DNA of 60,000 nt, taken from NCBI RefSeq assembly GCF_963921235.1, contig NC_086108.1:29700001-29760000 (forward strand). The letters run 5' to 3'. Origin of the DNA: Mobula hypostoma (taxonomy: Eukaryota). The translations under genes and the position numbers were made by a program. Below the pieces are notes generated by a model. It worked only from the letters and a program-made list of their open reading frames with translations. It did not search any database and was not told where the DNA came from. Shown here in pieces: positions 38,075-47,727 of this stretch (positions within the stretch are counted from its first letter, which is position 1; each line of letters starts with the position of its first letter).

Positions 38075-38743
38075 GGAGGGGAGGAGAAGATGGCGGCGCA
38101 ATGCAGCGCGCGCGGCCGCTCCGAAATGGTATTGGTATTTGTTAAGTAGGTACCGTACACAATCCTGATTTGATGGAGACAGACGTGAGAAGCATGGAGG
38201 AATATCTGGAGAAACTTCTGAAATGCCTGCTTCGCTGCCACTGCTACTGTGCGATTAAGAATCTCCGGAGACGAAGGCCCCAAATCCTCGGCTTTGCCTA
38301 TTGCCTGTTGCCGGGGCCGGGGTCGAAGCGCTCGGCAGAGATGGTGCTCGGTGTCGGAGGGGTGGTCGGAGGCTCGAAGTTTTCGGATGGACTCAAGAGT
38401 CGGCTGTGGTCGGGTGCTTCCAGGGTGCTGCATTTGCAAGTTTGCGGCGCTGGAAGTTCATGGCAGGAAGAGTTTTTCTTCCTTCTACCGTCTGCGTGAG
38501 ATGATGGGACTTTTGAGAGATTTTGAGACTTTTTACCGTGCCCATGGTCTGTTCTTTATCAAATTACGGTATTGCTTGCACTGTTGTAACTATATGTTAT
38601 AATTATGTGGTTTTAGTCAGTTTTTCAGTCTTGGTTTGTCTTGTGTTTCTGTGATATCACACTAGAGGAACATTGTATCATTTCTTAATGCATGCATTAC
38701 TAAATGACAATAAAAGAGGACTGCATGTCCTCATAATCATAAT
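38075..38743 (+). mobile_element. CpG-rich non-autonomous retroposon, copy 1
   Basis: Highly similar to 59261-59893. Starts ggaggagAAGATGGCGGC and ends with AATAAA plus a (cataat)n tail. No coding domain recognised. Confidence 0.8.
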
Positions 38744-38789
38744 TGACTTGACAGCCATTGGGGCTCTGCTTCCAGGTTAATTTGATGTC

Positions 38790-39000
38790 ATAAACAAGAA
38801 GTCTGCAGATGGTGGAAATCCAATGTAACCCAAAAGCTGGAGGAGCTCAGCAGGTCAGGTAGCATCTAATGGAAATGAATAGATAGTTGACATTTTGAGC
38901 CAAGACCCTTCAGGACTAAGAATCTCAGCCCAAAATATTGATTATTTATTCACTTCTATAGATGCTGCCTGATCTGCCTCTCTCCAGCAATTGGTGTGTT
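38790..39000. mobile_element. PLE-derived fold-back (inverted) element, decayed
   Basis: Left arm ctggaggagctcagcaggtcaggtagcatcta..gaatagatagttgacattttgagc is mirrored by gcccaaaatattgattatttattc..tagatgctgcctgatctg..ctccagc. Confidence 0.7.
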
Positions 39001-39374
39001 TTCAGTTATATATCAGATAGAATATTAGTTTCACTGTACTTAGATATTGCTTTCCTGTTTGGAAATCCTAGCTCCTGCCCTCTGCCAACATGTCGGGGTC
39101 AGTGGGATATGCGTGTGCGCGTGGGTGTGTGTATACACACTTCATAGTGTCAAATAATAAATCATTGAAAATGTGGCATTTTAATTTTTTAAAATCAACA
39201 TCCAAAGGCCTAGAAAATCTGCTGGTCCAGCACCCTAAGCTGCGATGAGGGAACGTGACTGTATTACAGGTTCATGAGGTTTACATTTAAAATTAGTACT
39301 CTTCTGCATTAATCAAAAAAATTTTTAATTTATTCTCCTCCTTTCCGTTGCTTCGAACTTCCAAGAGCCAAGTC

Positions 39375-40160
39375 AGATGTACAGCACAGGCTTCTTGGCC
39401 TAGCAAGTCATGGCCAGCCATCGACCACCTGTAGGGTTGCCAACTGTCCTGTATTAGCCGGGACATCCCATATATTGGGCTAAATTTCCCCCGCTAAGGT
39501 TGAGCGTTCCTATGAAACTGTTCGTAAGCCGACATGGCGTAAAGCAAAGAAGCAATTACCATTAATTTATATGGGAAAAATTCTTGAGCGTTCCCAGACC
39601 CAAAAAATAACCTACCAAATCATACTAAATAACACATAAAACCTAAAATAACACTAACATATAGTAAAAGCAGGAATGATATGATAAATACACGGCCTAT
39701 ATAAAGTAGAAATAATGCATGTACAGTGTAGTTTCACTTACCAGAATCAGGAAGATTAAGCCAAAACTGATTTGTAGAAAAAAATCGGCACGTACACGCA
39801 TGTGCACACACCTGCCCGCGCAAAGCTTCATGGTCATGGTAGTCTTTCTCGGGGTAAACACAAGTGTCCCATATTTGACTGCTACTTTTGTCCCATATTT
39901 GGGAGTGAGGAAGTTGGCAACCCTAACCACTCGTGTACATAAATCCTTCATTAATCCTTTCCGGTTCTTCCCATAAACCTCCCCACCCTCTCCCTCCCTA
40001 CAACCTATCCACACAACTGGAAGTAATTCAGTAGGCAATTAAGTTAGTAAGCTGCATTTCTTTGAAAGGAAACTGAAGCACTGGGAGGAAATCCACAGTC
40101 AGAGGGAGGATATGGAAATTTCTCCAAACCTGAATTTTCTTGTGCTGCAAGGCAGGTACC
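39375..40160 (-). mobile_element. Decayed SINE interrupted by a hAT MITE
   Basis: tacagcacaggc..ttggcc tail at the left; ggaaactgaagcactgggaggaaatccacagtc V-domain-like block at 40068-40110. Confidence 0.5.
39432..39925. mobile_element. hAT-type non-autonomous DNA transposon (494 bp)
   Basis: Perfect 14-bp TIRs tagggttgccaact / agttggcaacccta. Imperfect 8-bp TSD accacctg (39424-39431) and accactcg (39926-39933). Confidence 0.85.
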
Positions 40161-42522
40161 TCTAGTAGTTGTCACACTCTGTTACCCTAAAGCTAGTTAG
40201 TTGATTGATACCCATCAGCCTAAAGATCTGAAGTTGGAATATTGAAGGCAGGTTAAATTTGAAGTTTCTCAAATCTGAGGAATCTGATGGGGAAATGAAA
40301 ACTTGTTTGAATGTTTTTAAGGTAGAGTTAGATGAGTTCTTGATGAGCAATGGGACATCAATTAATAGAACATAGAATAGTACAGCAAAGTACAGGCCCT
40401 TCGACCCACATTGTTGTGCCTCCCATATAACCCCCCACCTTAAATTCCTCCATATACCTGTCTAGTAGTCTCTTAAATTTCACTAGTGTATCTGTCTCCA
40501 CCACTGACTCAGGCAGCGTACTCCACGCACCAACCACTCTCTGAGTAAAAAAACCTTCCTCTAATATCCCCCTTGAAGTTCCCATCCCCTACCTTAAAGC
40601 CATGTCCTCTTGTATTGAGCAGTGGTGCCCTGGGGAAGAGGCACTGGCTCTCCACTCTATCTATTATCTATTCTTAATATCTTGTATACCTCTATCATGT
40701 CTCCTCTCATCCTCCTTCTCTCCAAAGAGTAAAGCCCTAGCTCCCTTAATCTCTGATCATAATGCATACTCTCTAAACCAGGCAGCATCCTGGTAAATCT
40801 CCTCTGTACCCTTCCAATGTTTCCACATCCTTCCTATAGTGAGGCGACCAGAACTGGACACAGTACTCCAAGTGTGGCCTAACCAGAGTTTTATAGAGCT
40901 GCATCATTACATCGTGACTCTTAAACTTTATCCCTCGACTTATGAAAGCTAACACCCCATAAGCTTTCTTAACTACCTTATCTACCTGTGAGGCAACTTT
41001 CAGTGATCAGTGGATATGTACCCCCAGATCCCTCTGCTCCTCTACACTACCAAGTATCCTACCATTTGCTTTGTACTCTGCCTTGGAGTTTGTCCTTCCA
41101 AAGTGTACCACCTCACAGTTCTCTGGGTTGAACTCCATCTGCCACTTCTCAGCCCACTTCTGCATCCTATCAATGTCTCTCTGCAATCTTCGACAATCCT
41201 CTACACTATCTAAAACACCACCAACCTTTGTGTCGTCTGCAATCTTGCCAACCCACCCTTCTACCTCCACATCCAGGTTGTTAATAAAAATCATGAAGAG
41301 TAGAGATCCCAGAACAGATTCTTGTGGGACACCACTAGTCACAACCCTCCAATCTGAATGTACTCCCTCCACCATGACCCTCTACCTCTGCAGGCAAGCC
41401 AATTCTGAATCCACCTGGCCAAACTTCCCTGGATCCCATGCCTTCTGACTTTCTGAATAAGCCTACCATGTGGAACCTTGTCAAATGCCTTACTAAAAAC
41501 CATGTAGATCACATCCACTGCACTACCCTCATCTATATGCCTGGTCACATCCTCAAAGAACTCTATCAGGCTTCTTAGACATGATCTGCCCTTCACAAAG
41601 CCATGTTGACTTGACTGTCCCTGATCAGATCATGATTCTCTAAATGCCCATAGAGCCTATCTCTAAGGATCTTTTCCAACAGCTTTCCCACCACAGATGT
41701 AAGGCTCACTGGTCTATAATTACCTGGACTATCCCTACTACCTTTTTTGAACAAGGGGACAACATTCGCCTCCCTCCAATCCTCCGGTACCATTCCCATG
41801 GACAACGAGGACATGAAGATCCTAGCCAGAGGCTCAGCAATCTCTTCCCTCACCTCATGGAGCAGGCTGAGGAATATTCCATCAGGCCCTGGGGACTTAT
41901 CCGTCCTAATGTATTTTAATAACTCCAACACCTCCTCTCCCTTTAATATCAACATGCTCTAGAATATCAACCTCACTCATATTGACCTCACCATCATCAA
42001 GTTCCCTCTCATTGGTGAATACCGAAGAGAAGTATTCATTGAGGACCTCGCTCACTTCCACAGCCTCCAGGCACATCTTCCCACCTTTATCTCTAATCCG
42101 TCCTACCTTCACTCCTGTCATCCTCTTTTTCTTCAGATAATTGAAGAATGCCTTGGGGTTTTCCTTTACTCTACTCACCAAGGCCTTCTCATGCCCTCTT
42201 CTTGCTCTTCTCAGCCCCTTCTTAAGCTCCTTTCTTGCTTCCCTATATTCCCCAATAGACCCACCTGATCCTTGCTTCCTAAACCTCATGTATGCTGCCT
42301 TCTTCCACCTGACTAGATTTTCCACCTCACTTGTCACCCATAGTTCCTTCACCCTACCATTCTTTATCTTCCTCACCAGGACAAATTTATCCCTAACATC
42401 CTGCAAGAGATATCTAAACATCGACCACATGTCCATAGTATATTTCCCTGCAAAAACATCATCCCAATTCACACCAGCAAGTTCCAGCCTTCAGCAGGTC
42501 AGGAAACATCCGTGGAAAAGAT

Positions 42523-42560
42523 CGGTCGACGTTTCGGGCCAGAACCCTTCGTCAGGACTG
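42523..42560 (-). ncRNA. Minimal type-I hammerhead ribozyme, intact core
   Basis: cagtc-CUGACGA-a-gggu(ucug)gccc-GAAAC-GUC-gaccg: both conserved boxes, stem II, stem I (guc/gac) and a palindromic ACGU stem III. Predicted cleavage between 42528 and 42527. Confidence 0.75.
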
Positions 42561-42774
42561 TAGAGGGAAGGGGCAGAGGCCCTATAAAGAAGGTGGGGGG
42601 AGGATGGGAGGGAGAAGGCTGGTAGGTTCCAGGTGAAAAACTAGTAAGGAGAAAGATAAATGGATGGGAGAGGGGAGGCACTTCCCCTTACTGGTTTTTC
42701 ACCTGGAACCTACCAGCCTTCTCCCTCCCATCCTCCCCCCACCTTCTTTATAGGGCCTCTACCCCTTCCCTCTA

Positions 42775-42812
42775 TAGTCTTGACGAAGGGTTCCGGCCGG
42801 AAACGTCGACCG
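42775..42812 (+). ncRNA. Hammerhead ribozyme motif, variant copy
   Basis: tagtc-TTGACGA-agggttccggccg-GAAAC-GTC-gaccg, with a C3>U change and loss of the stem II closing pair. Confidence 0.55.
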
Positions 42813-44547
42813 ATCTTTTCCATGGATGCTGCCCGACCTGCTGAATTCCTCTAGCATGTTGAGTGTTGCTTTGACCCCAGCATCTGCAGATTATTTTGTG
42901 TTTAAGTTCTAGCCTTATAGCATCATAATTTGCCCTTCCCCAATTAAAAATTTTCTTGTCCTCTCTGATTCTATCCTTTTCCATGATAATGCTGAAGGCC
43001 AGGGAGTGGTGGTCACTGTCCCCCAGATGCTCACCCACTGAGAAATCTGTGACCTGACCCGGTTCATTACCTAATACTAGATCTAGTATGGCACTCCCCC
43101 CTAGTCGGCCTGTCAACAAACTATGACAGGAATCCGTCCTGGACACACTTAACAAACTCTGCCCCATCTAAACCCTTGGAACTAATCAGGTGCCAATCGA
43201 TATTAGGGAAGTTAAAGTCACTCATGATAACAACCCTGTTATTTTTGCACTTTTCCAAAATCTGCCTCCCAATCTGCTCCTCGGTATCTCTGCTGCTACC
43301 AGGGGGCCTATAGAATACTCCCAATAGAGTAACTGCTCCCTTCCTGTTCCTGACTTCCACCCATACTGACTCAAAAGAGGATCCTGCTACATTACCCACC
43401 CTTTCTGTAGCTGTAATAGTATCCCTGACCAGTAATGCCACCCTTCCTCCCCTCCCCCACCCCCATTCCTTTTAAAGCACTGAAATCCAGGAATATTGAG
43501 AATCCATTCCTGCCCTGGTGCCAGCCAAGTCTCTGTAATGGCCACTACATCATAATTCCATGTATGTATCCAAGCTCTCAGTTCATCACCTTTGTTCCTG
43601 ATGCTTCTTGCATTGAAGTACATGCATTTCAGCCCTTCTACCTTACTACCTTTACACCCTTTATTCTGCTTCTCTTTCCTCAAAGCCTCTCTGTATGTTA
43701 GATCTGGCTTTATTCCATGCACTTCTTTCACTGCTCTATCACTCTGGGCCCCATCCCCCTTGCAAATTAGTTTAAACCCTCCCGAACCATGCTAGCAAAC
43801 CTACCTGCAAGGATATTGCTCCCCCTCGAGTTCATGTGCGACCCATCCAATCTGTACAGGTCCCACCTTCCCCAGAAGAGATCCCAATGATCCAAAAGTC
43901 TAAAACCCTGCCCCCTGCACCAACTCCTCAGCCACACATTCAACTGCCATCTCCTCCAATTCTTACCATCACTGTCACGTGGCACTGGCAGCAATCCTGA
44001 GAACGCCACCCTTGAGGTCCTGCACTTCAGCCTGCTGCCTCGTTCCTGAAACTCACACTTCAGGACCTCATCCCTCTTCCTGCCTATGTCGTTGGTACCA
44101 ACATGTATCACGACTTCTGGTTGCTTTCCCTCTCGTACTAGGATGGCGTGCATCCAGTCAGAGACATCCCAGATCCTGGCACCCGGGAGGCAACAAACCC
44201 TATGGGTGTCCTTCTCACGTCCACAAAATCTCCTGTCTGCGCCCCTGACTATAGAGTCTCCAATGACGACAGCTCTCCTCTTCTCCCTCCCACCCTTCTG
44301 CACCAGAGGGTCAGACTCAGTGCCAGAGGCCCTGCCACCATGGCTCACACCTGGTCGATCATCCCCGCCAACAGTATCCAGGACGGTAAATTTATTATTC
44401 AGGGGAATGGCTACAGGGGTACTGCAGATAAATGTGAATATGGAATTAATGTTGTGTTTGGATTAGGCGTGATATTAAATGCTGGAGCAGGCTTGAGTGG
44501 TCAGCTCCTTGCATGTATCAGATCCTTTTCTAACAGAACCTTGATAC

Positions 44548-44624
44548 CAGGGGTTCCAAAATTTTGTGCCATGGGCCCCTACCATTAACCAAGGGGTCCA
44601 TGAACCCCAGTTTGGGAACCCCTG
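44548..44624. mobile_element. 77-bp hAT (Charlie-like) MITE
   Basis: TIRs caggggttccaaa / tttgggaacccctg. Degenerate 8-bp flanks cttgatac / ctctacac. Confidence 0.7.
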
Positions 44625-45574
44625 CTCTACACTAATTCCATTCCTGTCATGTGCTGTATTCAGCAATAACTTAAAAACTGGAAGGAGACCCAAAAAAAGT
44701 CCCTAGCTTTTAAATGTAGGTCATTGTTCAAAGACTTCCTGTCCTGTAAAGAGCATTGAATTTATAAGGAGAAAGTGTAGAGAATAACAAGTGCTAACGT
44801 TGATTACAAATGGTGAACAGGAGACTTGAGAGCTGAAAACTTAATTTCAAGTAGCAGACTATTCTTGTCATGCACTTGTTGTAACAATGCTTGTGTTAAT
44901 GGGGAATTGTGCCTGATTTTTAAATTTTTGATTACATGTGAAATGTTTGTAAATGGATAGCAGCAAGTCTTGAATCAAGGCCACAGTCATTACGGTCCCA
45001 AGTAGGCTATTCTGTGTATTGAGTCTGTGCCTATTTAGCAGTCAGGTTAGTCCCATTCCCCTGCTTACTCATAAACTGGCAAGTTTTTGTTTCTGCTTGA
45101 TTGCTTATTCATTTCCCTGTTTGGGAAAGATGTGTGGATAGACAAGAGCGTGCTTTGTCCATTAAGCAGAAAATACTCAGAAGATGCTGGAAATATTTAG
45201 CAGGCCTGGTCAGCTTTGGGATGAGAAACAGAAGAAAAATAGCCTGAGTCCTCAACCTGAATTGTTAGTTGTACTTCTCTTCCTACAGAAGCCTGACTCA
45301 GTGAGCATTTTTATTATTCTGTTTGATTTCTGGCATTTGCAGCTCCTCTACCGCCCTCTTCCCCCCCCCCCAAATATTCTTGAAGTGTGGTTTAACTGGA
45401 TTTAAAGGGTCAGCTGTCAAGCATATTAAGCACTTCTGAATGGGACTGATGATTCAAAAATAGAAAAGAACTTTTGAAAAGTTGATGCTTTATTCCTCTG
45501 CGTGAAATTCAAAGTTTCTGCAATTCAGCAGTTATGCGGAGTTCAAAGTGAGTGTGTAATTGGAGTATCACAGA

Positions 45575-46445
45575 CCACCCAACATACACAATGTGCTGGA
45601 GGTGCTCAGCAGGTTGGGCAGCATCTGTGGAAGTGAGTAAACAGATTTTGGGCCAAGACCCGTCATCAGGACTGGAAAGGATGAGGGAAGAAGCCAGAAT
45701 AAGAAGGTGGTGGAGGGCAAGCCCAAGGTGATTGGTGAAGCCAGGTGGTGGGATGAACCTTGAAGGTGATGGGTGGCAAAGGTAATGGGCTGGAGAAGGA
45801 GGAATTTTATAGGAGTGGAAAGTGGAGCATGGGAGAAAGGGATGGAGGTGATAGGCAGGAGGGAAGAGGTCAAGGGGGGGGCAGAGTGAGGATGTGAATG
45901 GAGGGGTGAGGGAATAAATTACTGGAAGCTGGAGAGATCGATCTTCATGCCATCGGGTTAACCAGACAGAAAATGAGGTGTTGCTCCTCCAATCTCAGAG
46001 CTGCGTCATCATGGCAATGGAGGAGGCCATGAACTGTCATGTTGGAATGGGGATAGGAATTAAAATCATTGGCCACATGAAATCCTGCTTGTCAGAGGTG
46101 GAGCGAAGGTAATCGACAAAGTGTTACCCCAATCTGTGTCAGGTCTCAGCAATGTAGAGGAGACTGCTTTGGGAGCACTGGAAACAGTTGATAACCCCAA
46201 CAGATTCGCAGGTGACATGTTGCCTCATTTGGAAAGACTCGGGGTCATGAATACAGGTGGGAGAGTAGTGAATGGGCAGCTGTATCAGTTCTCTTGCTTG
46301 CAGGGTTAAGTGCCAGGAGGGAGCCTAGTGGGGAGGGGCAAATGGACAAGGGAATCATGGAGGGAATGAAGCCTGCAGAGAGTGGGGGAGTGGGAACTCA
46401 ATGTCTGTTTGGTAGTAAGGTCCCACTGAGCATGACTCCTGCACT
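45575..46445 (-). mobile_element. Penelope-like element 3' portion
   Basis: Colinear with 408-1206 and 34745-35680. Decayed hammerhead at about 45642-45675. Confidence 0.85.
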
Positions 46446-46999
46446 TGGGGAAATTTGAAACTTGGCATATGTTGACAACTGATGGTAATACAGCATGGCT
46501 TTCCAAGGGCATTTTGGAAAGAATGCATTTGCAGTGGATTTATGGATTTCTTTTTGGTGGTGTCTTGCTTTGTTTCTGATTCCAATAATACACTTGGCAT
46601 TCCAATGTGAATCAGAATAGGTAATTAATGACCTCAGTGTCATATACTTTGACAAATTTTTGTCCTGTATCCAGTGAAACTTCCCTTCTGTCATGCAGAC
46701 AACATTGCATAATGCCAAGATCATTTGCTTTCCAAGTTTGACAGTGGAAATGAACCAGGCACAACATATGCTGAACTTCTCAATTGTAGTGTTGCAAACT
46801 TAAGCACCTCGCTCCCTCATTGAAGAAATATTTATGTACTCACCACATAAAGATTTTCTGTGCCTGTTTGGATATATGACAGAATAATTATCCGAGCATA
46901 CTGTTTTTTGGTTTTGAAACTAAAATTAAGCACATCCCAAGGCAGCAGTTAAGCATCATAACCTTGAACTTTCATCTTTCACAAGCACATTTCCCATTC

Positions 47000-47240
47000 T
47001 TCCTCTATGGTTGGGAGGGCTTTACCCATGATAGACAGGGCCGTATCCATTACTTTTTGTAGGATTCTCCATTCAAAGGCATTAGTGTTTCCATTTCAGG
47101 CTGTGATACAGCCAGTCAATATACTCTCCGTTACACACCTACAGATATTTTATCGAAGTCTTGTACATCATGCTCAATCTCTGCAAATTCCCGAGGAAGT
47201 AGAGAAGCTGCTGTGCTTTCTTTGTAATTCTTTGGAAATG
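47000..47240 (-). mobile_element. Rex1-type C-terminal fragment
   Basis: gatacagccagtcaatatactctcc..gaggaagtagagaagctgctgtgctttc, the reverse of a KAQQ.LYFLR / ESILTGCIT-type segment. Confidence 0.7.
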
Positions 47241-47376
47241 TTAATTTGATGTAAGACTGGAGTGCTAGGGTTTAATTTAAAACACAAATGTGATTGCAAC
47301 ATAACACATCCAAAATCTGATGTGTATTTCTGTAATATGAGAGTCATCTCTGTAATCAAAACTTCCTCAGTACTAT

Positions 47377-47563
47377 AACAAACAAGAGAAAATTTGCAGA
47401 TGCTGGAAATCCAAGCAACACAAAATGCTGGAGGAACTTAGCAGGCCAGGCAGCATCTACAGGAAAAAAAGTACAGTCGATGTTTTGGGCCTGAAACATT
47501 GACTACTTTTTTTCTATAGATGCTGCCTGGCCCGCTGAGTTCCTCCAGTATTTTGTGTGTGTT
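47377..47563. mobile_element. PLE-derived 187-bp fold-back mini-element with 16-bp TSD
   Basis: Arms acacaaaatgctggaggaac..gtcgatgttttgggc and ctgaaacattgac..gttcctccagtattttgtgt. TSD acttcctcagtactat (47361-47376) and acttcctcactattat (47564-47579). Confidence 0.85.
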
Positions 47564-47727
47564 ACTTCCTCACTATTATCATTATGTTATCTTCACTTTC
47601 CTGTCACTTTCTGAATATCACCTATCCTGAAATATTTATTTCGCACCTCTGGTCATCTTGCAGACATATTTCTAATGGTGTCAAACTTCATTTACCTCTC
47701 TTTGCACCACAGATGGAAAAGAAATCT

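Larger units (their letters stand above)
42492..42903. mobile_element. PLE-derived inverted-repeat insertion (412 bp) with two hammerhead motifs and a 13-bp TSD
   Basis: 42492-42650 is the reverse complement of about 42686-42843. TSD aagttccagcctt (42479-42491) and aagttctagcctt (42904-42916). Removing the insert restores the CR1 reading IRLELAGVNWDD. Confidence 0.9.
40363..44424 (-). mobile_element. Near-full-length CR1 (5'-truncated within ORF1), carrying a PLE fold-back insertion
   Basis: ORF1 esterase (VVIGDSIVR, VIHVGTND); ORF2 YFNARSI, ETWL, DFNFP, KAFDKVPH and ADDTK; 3' tail (ctatgtt)n at 40363. Confidence 0.95.

Noticed and set aside
38020..38602. Overlapping 67-139 aa ORFs, also present at 59256-59740
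   Set aside because: They are a by-product of GC-rich repeat sequence. Frames are not preserved between the two copies and no domain is recognisable.
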